Part shown: positions 42,323-51,213 of the stretch, piece after piece | Numbering within the stretch: the first letter of the stretch is position 1 | Layout: each line of letters starts with the position of its first letter | Origin: Thermoflexus hugenholtzii JAD2 | Lineage (GTDB): Bacteria > Pseudomonadota > Gammaproteobacteria > Burkholderiales > Burkholderiaceae | DNA: 64,000 nt | Reading direction: 5' to 3' | NCBI GenBank assembly: GCA_943325205.2 | Contig: CALPOM020000001.1 | Span: 6,010 to 70,009 of the forward strand | Notes under the pieces: generated by a model | Seen by the model: only the letters and a program-made list of their open reading frames with translations | Told to the model about the DNA's origin: nothing | Database searches by the model: none | Program-made: the position numbers and the translations under genes

Positions 42323-43476
42323 TGTGGCTCCTTTTTCCCAAAATCTATGAAAGATATATTGCCAAACAGATTTATCAAATATTTTTCTTTATTTTATTTG
42401 CTCTAATTTCATTATTTATCTTTTTTGACTATTTAAATGAGGTCAATTCTGTCAAAGGAAACTATAGTAGCGCTGTAGCATTTTTTCATATTCTCTTAAA
42501 AGCGCCTGGACGACTAATTGAAATTATTCCAATTGCAGGACTAATCGGCTCCATTTATGTGTTCGCACAATTAGCAAGCCAATCTGAATTTACTATTTTA
42601 AGAATGGCTGGGCTAAATATGTCTTCTGGCCTTTGGACTCTGAGCAAGATAGGAATCCCAATCATTGTGGCCACTCTCGCCCTGAGTGAGTGGATCGCGC
42701 CATATTGCAATACCAAAGCTGAGGAGGTCCGTGCCAAGGCAATGGATACAGTTCTAACTTCTGGATTTAAAACAGGAACTTGGGTCAAAGACCGACTCCA
42801 AGATCCCGATGGAGAAGGACCTAGAAAACCAGGAGTACGCTTTGTGAATGTTGGCAAAGTTCAAGATCGAGGCGAAATCACCGGCTTAAGAATGTACGAA
42901 TTTGATGAGTATCGTCGCCTGATCGTGATTCGTGAAGCTAAAAAGGGGAATTATGATGAAAAAGGATTTTGGAATCTACAAGACGTGCTTGAAACTCGGG
43001 TTAAAGAAATTGGCGCCGATCACCCCCTCGATGTGAAATATAATGCGACAACTATTAAGCTGCCGCTGCAGCGCCTGCATTCTGAAGTAACTCCGGAGAT
43101 CCTCTCGATTCTATTGATTAATCCGGAGAGAATGTCCATCATGAGCCTGAATCGATTTATTACGCACCTCAAAGAAAACAAACAAGAAAGCCAAAATTAT
43201 GAAATTACCTTTTGGAAAAAAATTATTTATCCCTTCACTATCTTAGTCATGCTTTGCCTAGCTCTCCCATTTGGATACATCCATGCAAGATCGGGCGGAA
43301 TTAGTATCAAAGTCTTTGGTGGCATCATGCTGGGCATGAGCTTCCAATTATTTAATACCCTCTTTTCACACCTAGGCTTATTAGGGGCATGGGCTCCACC
43401 ACTGACTGCGACAATCCCTCCTGTGATTTATTTAACACTGGGCTTGATTGCCTTATTTTGGGTATCACGCCGATAA
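42319..43476 (+). CDS. lptG: LPS export ABC permease LptG
   Basis: QLASQSEFTILR, WKKIIYP, RSGG..IKVFGGI; 4-nt overlap with lptF. Confidence 0.92.
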   Translation: MMWLLFPKIYERYIAKQIYQIFFFILFALISLFIFFDYLNEVNSVKGNYSSAVAFFHILLKAPGRLIEIIPIAGLIGSIYVFAQLASQSEFTILRMAGLNMSSGLWTLSKIGIPIIVATLALSEWIAPYCNTKAEEVRAKAMDTVLTSGFKTGTWVKDRLQDPDGEGPRKPGVRFVNVGKVQDRGEITGLRMYEFDEYRRLIVIREAKKGNYDEKGFWNLQDVLETRVKEIGADHPLDVKYNATTIKLPLQRLHSEVTPEILSILLINPERMSIMSLNRFITHLKENKQESQNYEITFWKKIIYPFTILVMLCLALPFGYIHARSGGISIKVFGGIMLGMSFQLFNTLFSHLGLLGAWAPPLTATIPPVIYLTLGLIALFWVSRR

Positions 43477-43674
43477 ATTGTTATTATCCCCATCCGACCA
43501 CTTCTGAGCAGATCTGCTCTTGAAATCTTTGACATTGTAAAGTGCCGTAGAGGTAGGGAACTTACAGGCTCAATGCGAACCGTAAGCGTCATACGCAATA
43601 AATTTTATATCTGCAAATAATAAAAAATAGCTTTAATATATCTATATAGGTATATAGAAAATAGGGGTAAATCC

Positions 43675-44631
43675 ATGAATATCCATCAGTTTCGCTTTGT
43701 GCAAGAGGCGGTTCGGCAAAACTTCAATCTCACGCATGTTGCCAAAGCTCTGTTTACCTCACAACCCGGTGTCTCAAAAGCGATCATCGAACTAGAGGAT
43801 GAACTCGGCACAGAAATCTTTCGGCGCCATGGCAAACGAATCCGTGACTTGACCGAACCCGGTAAACACATTGTTCGCTCAATCGAACGCATTTTGAGTG
43901 AAGTGGAAAAATTAAAAAAAATTGGAGCTGAATACGTCGCCTCTGATCAAGGTAATTTTGTCATTGCGACCACTCACACGCAAGCGCGTTACGCCCTGCC
44001 AGCAATTATTGCTGAATTTACCAAACGGTTTCCCAAGGTACGGGTAAGCCTTCAACAGGGTAGTCCGGAGCATTTGGCTCATTTAGTTGTCAATGGCCAT
44101 GCGGATATTGCTATTGCAACGGAGGGTTTAGCGAATTTTCCGGGGCTTATAGCCCTGCCTGGCTACCAGTGGCAACATATAGTCGTTGTGCCGCATGGTC
44201 ATCCTCTACTCATTAAAAAACCCCTCGCGATCGAGGACCTAGCACAATACCCCATCATTACTTATGACATTGCCTTTGCCGGTCGAAGCAAAATTAATGC
44301 AGCATTTGCTAAAAAAGGACTGACGCCCGATGTCGTTTTAGAAGCCATCGATGCTGATGTCATTAAAACCTATGTTGAAACTGGTCTCGGTGTGGGGATT
44401 GTGGCAGGAGGGGCGTATGATGCAAATCGTGATCACGCCCTCGCAATGCTCCCAGCAGGTCATTTATTTGGCACCAATACGACGCGTATTGCTTTAAAAA
44501 AAGATGCTTACTTACGGGCCTATACGTATATTTTTATTGAGTTATTTGCTCCTAGCTTAACAAAAAAACTGATTGATCAGGCAATTTTAGATCCAGCAGA
44601 GTTCGATAAAAAGTCTATATATACAATCTAG
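43675..44631 (+). CDS. cysB: CysB/Cbl-like LysR regulator
   Basis: FNLTHVAKALFTSQPGVSK, IATTHTQARY, LEAIDADVIKTYV. Confidence 0.88.
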   Translation: MNIHQFRFVQEAVRQNFNLTHVAKALFTSQPGVSKAIIELEDELGTEIFRRHGKRIRDLTEPGKHIVRSIERILSEVEKLKKIGAEYVASDQGNFVIATTHTQARYALPAIIAEFTKRFPKVRVSLQQGSPEHLAHLVVNGHADIAIATEGLANFPGLIALPGYQWQHIVVVPHGHPLLIKKPLAIEDLAQYPIITYDIAFAGRSKINAAFAKKGLTPDVVLEAIDADVIKTYVETGLGVGIVAGGAYDANRDHALAMLPAGHLFGTNTTRIALKKDAYLRAYTYIFIELFAPSLTKKLIDQAILDPAEFDKKSIYTI

Positions 44632-44686
44632 TAAAAAAACGCCCTCAGCAATTTATGATTAAATAGTCAAACTAACCCGTTCTTAA

Positions 44687-45691
44687 GTGTATCTTTCAGA
44701 AAGCAAAATCGTGAAAAATTCTCCATTCAACATCACTAACTGGTGTCTTTGGCTAGTTGGCAACCTCCTCTGTGCAAGCCTTGTACTAGCCGATAATTAC
44801 CCATCCAAACCCATATCATTTGTTGTACCAGTTCCCCCGGGTGGATTAGTGGATGCCTCTGCAAGAATAGTTGGCGACGCCTTAAGTACAATCTTGCCAC
44901 AACCAATCATTATCGAAAACAAACCTGGGGCAAGTGGTAATATCGCCTACCAACAAGTGGCTAGAAGTAACAAAGACGGCTATGCTGTATTGGTATCCTA
45001 TTCTGGCTACCATGTTTCTAATCCTATCCTGATGGATAAACTCCCCTGGGATACCAAACAATTAACTCCCATAGGCCTTGTCACGGTTGCTACGAACGTC
45101 ATCGCTGTGCACCCCTCTTTGCCGGTCAATAATTTAAAAGAATTCATTGCCTATGCCAAAGCAAATCCTACTAAACTCAATTATGCTTCGCAAGGTAACG
45201 GCTCCGTGTCACATATCGGGACTGAGGTTTTTAAACAAAAATTTGGAATTGAAGTAGTGCATGTACCATATAAAGGTTCTGGAGCAGCGATTGCTGATGT
45301 GCTGGCCGGCCAAGTGCAATTATTTATTACGACGCCACCCTCAGTCATGGGACATGTCCAGACCGGTAAATTAAAAGCCCTTGCAGTTACTAGTAAAAAA
45401 CGCCATCCCATGATGCCAGACGTACCTACTGTTGCTGAAGCTGGCGTGAGTAATTTTGAACTTGAATCGTGGGTGGCACTGTATGTGGCGTCCGACACTC
45501 CGAACGCAGTTATCACTACCCTATCTAGTGCAGTCGAAAAAGCGTTAAGCCTAGCTGAAACGAAAAAACGCGCCGATCTAGCTGGTATCGAATTAAGATA
45601 TCTCACCCCAACTAGAATGACTGCTATGCTCAATAAAGAAATTGCCGAAACAGCCATCGCTATTAAGGCTGCAAAAATTACTCTTGATTGA
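44687..45691 (+). CDS. Bug/TctC substrate-binding protein
   Basis: VPVPPGG..D, ENKPGASG, DGYAV, HVPYKGSG. Confidence 0.9.
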   Translation: MYLSESKIVKNSPFNITNWCLWLVGNLLCASLVLADNYPSKPISFVVPVPPGGLVDASARIVGDALSTILPQPIIIENKPGASGNIAYQQVARSNKDGYAVLVSYSGYHVSNPILMDKLPWDTKQLTPIGLVTVATNVIAVHPSLPVNNLKEFIAYAKANPTKLNYASQGNGSVSHIGTEVFKQKFGIEVVHVPYKGSGAAIADVLAGQVQLFITTPPSVMGHVQTGKLKALAVTSKKRHPMMPDVPTVAEAGVSNFELESWVALYVASDTPNAVITTLSSAVEKALSLAETKKRADLAGIELRYLTPTRMTAMLNKEIAETAIAIKAAKITLD

Positions 45692-45697
45692 TCTTCT

Positions 45698-45718
45698 ACC
45701 TGGGTGAATCACCCAGGT
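45698..45718. terminator. Inverted repeat between convergent Bug genes
   Basis: ACCTGGGTGA-a-TCACCCAGGT in a 30-bp gap between two stop codons. Confidence 0.5.
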
Positions 45719-45721
45719 GAT

Positions 45722-46741
45722 TTATTTACTAGTGCGCGACTTACTTTCCTTAACAGTCTTTGTCCACCGTGCAATATCTGCTTGGATCCGCTCGCCTGTT
45801 TGCAAAACAGTTCCACCTACGGTAATAAAATCATTCTGATCTAATTTATCCTGAACATCTTTTGTCTGAATCGCTTGACTAATCGCTTGATTCATTTTCA
45901 TCACAATATCCGTCGGAGTTTTAATCGGGGCAAATACGCCTACCCATAAATCATCCTTAATTTGCGGATATCCTTGCTCAGAAAAAGTAGGCGCATCTGG
46001 CATCGAGACTAAGCGCTTGTCACTTGAAACTGCTACTACCTTGACTTTGCCCTGCTTCATGAATTGCGAAACCCCCGCAACCGCACCACAAAAAATAGGC
46101 GTCTCACCACCCACCGCAGCAATTAAGGCCGGTCCAGATCCCTTGTAAGGAATGTGCGTCACATCTGACTTCCAAATTTGTGAAAACAAATTATCACAGG
46201 TCAAATTAGGCGGCGTACCATTACCAGCAGTTGCAAAAGACATCTTATCTTTACTGGCTAATTCTTTTAACTCGGCTAAATTTTTTGCCCCTACTTTTTC
46301 ATTCACGACAACACCCATCGGTTGCGTAGCCGGAATCGATACTGGCATAAAGTCCCGATCGGGCAAATAACCCGCAATGGCGCCCATTGTTAATGGGTTG
46401 ACTATAAAGGATGGGGATGTAAGTAAAAAAGTGTATCCGTCTGGCAAAGATCCAGCAACATACTGCGTACCAATACTCGCACCAGCACCAGGCTTATTTT
46501 CAACAAAAACACTTTGCTTCAGAATACCCGATAAACTTTGGGCCAAAATACGGGCTGCAATATCGGTCGATCCGCCAGGTGCAAATGCCACTACAAAACG
46601 TATGGGCTTATTCGGATAATCGCTTTGCGCATAACTAGAGGGGATGCCAATCATGCTGCTGAAAACAATCACTTTACAGATACTTATCTGACGAATACGG
46701 ACCTGTAAAAGCCCGTTGTACATTGTCCTTAAAAATTGCAT
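45722..46741 (-). CDS. Bug/TctC substrate-binding protein
   Basis: FAPGGSTD, ENKPGAGA, PDGYT, HIPYKGSG. Confidence 0.9.
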   Translation of the reverse strand: MQFLRTMYNGLLQVRIRQISICKVIVFSSMIGIPSSYAQSDYPNKPIRFVVAFAPGGSTDIAARILAQSLSGILKQSVFVENKPGAGASIGTQYVAGSLPDGYTFLLTSPSFIVNPLTMGAIAGYLPDRDFMPVSIPATQPMGVVVNEKVGAKNLAELKELASKDKMSFATAGNGTPPNLTCDNLFSQIWKSDVTHIPYKGSGPALIAAVGGETPIFCGAVAGVSQFMKQGKVKVVAVSSDKRLVSMPDAPTFSEQGYPQIKDDLWVGVFAPIKTPTDIVMKMNQAISQAIQTKDVQDKLDQNDFITVGGTVLQTGERIQADIARWTKTVKESKSRTSK

Positions 46742-46812
46742 CTGATCTCCTTTAGATTGTTTTTATTCTTACTTATACACCTCATCAGATACCTTTTAAA
46801 CTAAGGGGCTAA

Positions 46813-47808
46813 CTACTCCGACTTAATCCCTGCAGCTTTAATAACTGCTGCGTTACTAATGAGTTCATCCTTAATTAATTGATCAAACTGCTCAGGGCTC
46901 ATTGGCATTGCTTCAGCACCTAGACTAGCTAAGCGATCTTTGACTTCATTGTCTTGCAGCGCTTTTAAAGTGGATTGATTTAATTTATTCACAATGTCGC
47001 GCGGAGTTTTGGCAGACACCAACATGCCGATCCAAAATAAATATTCTGATTTAGCAATACCCGCCTCAGCTAATGTAGGGACGTCCGGTAATTGAGACGA
47101 TCGCTTGGATGTGCTCACTGCCAAAGGAATTAATTTACCCGCTTTAATCATCGGCAAAGCCGAGACTAAGGGTGCAAAAAAGTAATCTATTCGCCCAGTC
47201 ATCGTCTCAGTAATTGCTTCAGGAGAACCCTTGTAGGGCACATGAACGGCATCAATACCAGTTGCTAATTTAAATTTTTCTGCGCTCATATGCGTTGCAC
47301 TGCCTAACCCAGCCGACGCATAATTGAGTTGTCCTGGCTTATCTTTGGCAGCTGCTACGACATCCTTCACCGATTTATAACCTTTATTTGGCGATACAAC
47401 CATGACGTTCGGAACTACTGCAAGCGGTGTCACAGCAGAAAAATCTTTCACTGGGTCGTAACTTACCTTGTTGATCAGAGGCAAAACAGTGTGCGCTCCC
47501 GTGTAAACAAATATAGAGTGCCCATCTGCAGGGGAGTTAAAAATGGTTTGAATAGCAACAGTCCCAGCAGCTCCGGGCTTATTCTCTACGAAGACAGAAA
47601 CCCCGAACTCACTCTGCAATTTTTCTGCAATAGACCGAGCAATGATATCTGAAGCACTACCTGCAGTTGCCCCTGAAATTAATTTGATTGGTTTACTCGG
47701 GAAGGTTTGAGCCGAGCCATTGAACGGAGTTAATCCAAGACCAGTGCTAAATAGCAAGACATAAGTTAAATGTATTACTTTACTTCTAGTCCATAGCCAT
47801 TGATTCAT
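46813..47808 (-). CDS. Bug/TctC substrate-binding protein
   Basis: GSASDIIAR, ENKPGAAG, YASAGLGS, HVPYKGS. Confidence 0.9.
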   Translation of the reverse strand: MNQWLWTRSKVIHLTYVLLFSTGLGLTPFNGSAQTFPSKPIKLISGATAGSASDIIARSIAEKLQSEFGVSVFVENKPGAAGTVAIQTIFNSPADGHSIFVYTGAHTVLPLINKVSYDPVKDFSAVTPLAVVPNVMVVSPNKGYKSVKDVVAAAKDKPGQLNYASAGLGSATHMSAEKFKLATGIDAVHVPYKGSPEAITETMTGRIDYFFAPLVSALPMIKAGKLIPLAVSTSKRSSQLPDVPTLAEAGIAKSEYLFWIGMLVSAKTPRDIVNKLNQSTLKALQDNEVKDRLASLGAEAMPMSPEQFDQLIKDELISNAAVIKAAGIKSE

Positions 47809-47830
47809 TGTTTTTCCTGTTCAAAGATTA

Positions 47831-48934
47831 CTAAATACGCGGCAAGCCTAATTGCTCAGCCATCCAATCTGCTGTTCGATGTCGATATCGGTAAGGGCGG
47901 TTATTCGCAATATGGTTACCATCTTCCACAATTAATAATTCTGTTGGACCAGAAGCCTCATCTGCCATTCGCTTGGTATCCTGCCAAGGAATCAACCGAT
48001 CTAACTTACCAGTCACTAAAAATAAAGGACAAGTAATTTGTTGAGCAATACCATTTTTCATGGTCAGCGTTTGACTATATTCCTTCGCCTGCGCCTCTGT
48101 CGCCAAATGACTTCTGACCCGAAATGCCTCACGAGTAAGCGGTGGCAATTGCTCCCAAGTATCAGAAAAATCATAAGGTCCGGCAAGGCCAATACAAGCT
48201 TTTAAGCGTTTTTCAAAAGCAGCTGCTCGAGGAGCGTAGTATCCACCTAAGCTCACACCCCATAAACCAATCCGGGTATGGTCAATATCATTTCTCTGCA
48301 TCAACCAGTCCACCATTGCACTCACTGGCACCTCATAGTCCCCACGTATAGGGAAATCATATTCAGCTTCACCTTGGCCTGGGCCATCCACCAATAAAGT
48401 GGCCATGCCTCGCGCCAAAAAAGGGAGCTCATAAGCTTCAAGCTCTTCTTTGGCTGAGTCTAGGCCTGGTACCATAATTAATATAGGTGGTTTTTGATGA
48501 TTGCTTGGTGCTCCGAGGTTATTAGTGCCATTAGGCAATCGTAAGAAACCAGCCAAAGTCTTCCCTAAATAAGGAATTTCAACGCGTACCGCCGGTGGGC
48601 GCATATGTGGCAATGCTAATTGTTTACATTCAACCGCCTTCATGTGAGCTGCCCGCATCTCCCCTAAATCATGAACAGATACAAATTTGGCAAAATGATA
48701 GTACACCGCAGCGCGTGATAAATGCTCACTAGCACTCAAGAAAAATTGCTGCTCTAGCGCCTCTTTACCGAGATTTTCGTGGACGAGCGCTCTTTTACTC
48801 CAGGCACTAGTCCAATCCTCCCAGCGATCAATTCCTTGGGTCACTTCTTGAAAATCAGTCAATAAAATACCATTCGACACAAAGCGTGGCGCCCAATGCG
48901 CAATAGCTGACTCAACTCGTGGATCTTTACTCAT
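47831..48934 (-). CDS. Alpha/beta hydrolase resembling 2,6-dihydroxypseudooxynicotine hydrolase
   Basis: Helical N-domain, PGLDSAKEE, DGPGQGE, GVSLGG nucleophile, GKLD, DGNH. Confidence 0.75.
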   Translation of the reverse strand: MSKDPRVESAIAHWAPRFVSNGILLTDFQEVTQGIDRWEDWTSAWSKRALVHENLGKEALEQQFFLSASEHLSRAAVYYHFAKFVSVHDLGEMRAAHMKAVECKQLALPHMRPPAVRVEIPYLGKTLAGFLRLPNGTNNLGAPSNHQKPPILIMVPGLDSAKEELEAYELPFLARGMATLLVDGPGQGEAEYDFPIRGDYEVPVSAMVDWLMQRNDIDHTRIGLWGVSLGGYYAPRAAAFEKRLKACIGLAGPYDFSDTWEQLPPLTREAFRVRSHLATEAQAKEYSQTLTMKNGIAQQITCPLFLVTGKLDRLIPWQDTKRMADEASGPTELLIVEDGNHIANNRPYRYRHRTADWMAEQLGLPRI

Positions 48935-48960
48935 GAAACGACTGTCTCCTTAGGCATACA

Positions 48961-48972
48961 CTTGCATACAAG
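48961..48972. promoter_or_regulatory. GntR/FadR-type operator-like palindrome
   Basis: CTTGCATACAAG (imperfect palindrome) 27 nt upstream of the hydrolase ATG. Confidence 0.35.
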
Positions 48973-49171
48973 ACTCGCAAAGTAGCTGTGAGAAATTGAT
49001 GCTCGTGTTTTTATAGATATAACATCTATCATATCCAAAAAATACAACTAAGCAATCATTTTTTAAAGTACCTAAAAAATATCATGCGAAATATATGCGG
49101 GATTAAGCTATATAGTGCTTCTTTGGGGGGGTAGGGATAGGGCTAAAGAGCCAACTCGGCTGAGGAACGAA

Positions 49172-49564
49172 TTAGGCCTTCGTCGTTGCAGTAGAGTAGA
49201 CCGCTTTCATCATGCATTTACCAAGGGTTGTGAAGTAACGCTTGGTCTTTGGGGTGGTTGTGACAAATTTCTTTCGACCATCTGTGCCGACTTTAAAAGA
49301 AATTAGCCCCATGGTTTTCAAACGCGTTAAACGCTGATGCAAGGTTGCAGGAGAGGCAATTTGATTTAATTCGAGAAGTTGTGTTACCAACAGTTGCTCG
49401 CCATTCCTAGTTTGAATTTCGATGTAATTAATCAACTCTTTCTCTATAGCATCTAAGGTATGAATCGGAGTTGAAGTTTGTAATGCGCTAATTAAATTGA
49501 CAAATCTTAAATAAATCTCGTGACTATTTTCTTGATTTTTGCTTAGCTTGATATTTTTTTGCAT
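49172..49564 (-). CDS. Winged-helix (MarR-like) DNA-binding protein
   Basis: IASPATLHQRLTRLKTMGLI..DGRKKFV..T.K wHTH and wing pattern. Confidence 0.7.
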   Translation of the reverse strand: MQKNIKLSKNQENSHEIYLRFVNLISALQTSTPIHTLDAIEKELINYIEIQTRNGEQLLVTQLLELNQIASPATLHQRLTRLKTMGLISFKVGTDGRKKFVTTTPKTKRYFTTLGKCMMKAVYSTATTKA

Positions 49565-49597
49565 AATTCTCACAGTAAATTAATTTATAATCTTAAA

Positions 49598-50146
49598 ATG
49601 TTATTATCGCAAAAATTTTTTAATAGCGCATCTAATAATTTACTAATCATTTTTGGTGTTGCCCTCGCTTGGTGTGCGGCTTGGTATCTGAATGATTCTT
49701 TGTTTCATTTTGCACAATTATCAGCAGTCTCTTCAGCGATTTTTATGCCCGCAGCCCTGAGGATTATTTGCGTACTTCTTTTTGGCTGGGCTGGTGTGCT
49801 GGGCTTACTAACTGGGAGTTGGTATATTGCTAGCCAATTTAACGATTCGATCCTCGAAGCACTCCTTTTAGCTTCCTTGTCGTCCTTTCCTGCCATGCTA
49901 GTAGTTACTGGCAGTCTGTATTTTTTAAAAATTAATAGGGATCTTTCGAATCTCCAACCTAAACATTTTTTAATCTTAGGAGTAGCTAGTTCTGCCTGTG
50001 ATGTTGCCGCGCACATTATCTATTTTGTTTCTACCAAACTCGATGTGATTGATAATGCGCTAACCATGTTCACGGGAGATATAGTCGGAACCTACCTGGT
50101 TTTTCTGATAATTAATGTTGTATTAAAGATACGCGCCGCATTCTAA
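49598..50146 (+). CDS. Stand-alone polytopic membrane protein, MASE1-like
   Basis: SAIFMPAALR, LLFGW.GVLGLL.G, MFTGDIVG; hydrophobic throughout, no catalytic domain. Confidence 0.6.
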   Translation: MLLSQKFFNSASNNLLIIFGVALAWCAAWYLNDSLFHFAQLSAVSSAIFMPAALRIICVLLFGWAGVLGLLTGSWYIASQFNDSILEALLLASLSSFPAMLVVTGSLYFLKINRDLSNLQPKHFLILGVASSACDVAAHIIYFVSTKLDVIDNALTMFTGDIVGTYLVFLIINVVLKIRAAF

Positions 50147-50236
50147 GTTCTACTCACCCTTTTATTCTGCCACGTTACTAGGCGAACTTTCTAGAAACGA
50201 TCCCTGAAAGTTTTACCAATGTGCAACTTACATACA

Positions 50237-51202
50237 TCATTTTTGTAGCTCCTCAAATCCTTTCTCTTGCGAGAAGATAGCCTCATAACCGCAAACTGAT
50301 CTCAGTTTTTGACAAGACACCGTAAAAGGGTACCCCATCATGCGGACCATTTCTCGCACTAAAGGAGGATTGCCTGGAAGTGGTAAGTATCGCCATCCGT
50401 TTTCGGTAAATTTAGCTAAAGACCATGCATTACGCTGAGAAAAAGACATGCTTGGGATATTAAACCCACTCGCCTGAAGCCTTTGCGTCATCCATGTTCG
50501 AAAATGGACAGGTTTGGCGTCTGCAATAAAAAAAACTTCCCGCGTCACTTGACTCTCTAAGGCTAATGAAATGCCCAAACATAAATTGCCAATATAACAA
50601 GTTGCATATAGGTAATCTCCTTCGCCAAACCAACCAAAACGCTTACTTTTAACTGCTGGCCCTATTTGAGTATCTACCGCATCTCCCAAACCCCATACAA
50701 AAGCTGGGCGAAGTACAATCGTCTTCATATTGCAGGTCGTACCGTTTAGTACGATTTGCTCCGCTAATGCCTTTGATCTCGAGTAAGGCAACATCGCAAG
50801 ATTAGTCACAGGCAACTGTTCTTGGCAGTCATACATGGCTTGAGGCTCTTGCATAACAACCGAAGCCGCGCTCAAATAAATGAACTGAGAGACTCCAGCA
50901 ATCTGGCATGCAATAATTAATTGCCTAGTTAGCTCAACATTATTGCGTTCAAAAAAAATGTTTGGGCTACCTAATTTTAAATAGGCGGCGCAGTGAATAA
51001 CAGCTTGGCATGAACTTAATTCCCAACGCAGTCGATCCAGATCATGAAAGTCTCCTAACCAAACTTTTGCCCCTAGTGCCTCGATTGCCAAGGCATCTCC
51101 TAACGACCGTATCGCGCAAGTAACGGTATGGCCATCTTGAACGAGGCGACGCAAAACATGGCCGCCAATAAAGCCAGTCGCTCCAGTTAAAAAGATCTTC
51201 AT
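50237..51202 (-). CDS. NAD-dependent epimerase/dehydratase (3-beta-HSD-like extended SDR)
   Basis: TGATGFIG, HCAA, YLSAAS, YSRSK, LRPAFVWG. Confidence 0.85.
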   Translation of the reverse strand: MKIFLTGATGFIGGHVLRRLVQDGHTVTCAIRSLGDALAIEALGAKVWLGDFHDLDRLRWELSSCQAVIHCAAYLKLGSPNIFFERNNVELTRQLIIACQIAGVSQFIYLSAASVVMQEPQAMYDCQEQLPVTNLAMLPYSRSKALAEQIVLNGTTCNMKTIVLRPAFVWGLGDAVDTQIGPAVKSKRFGWFGEGDYLYATCYIGNLCLGISLALESQVTREVFFIADAKPVHFRTWMTQRLQASGFNIPSMSFSQRNAWSLAKFTENGWRYLPLPGNPPLVREMVRMMGYPFTVSCQKLRSVCGYEAIFSQEKGFEELQK

Positions 51203-51213
51203 ACTCAGCTGAA

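Noticed and set aside
43477-43620. SAH/SAM riboswitch upstream of cysB (contains CAGGCTC)
   Set aside because: The rest of the SAH consensus (GAGGAGCGCUGC and pseudoknot partner) is missing.
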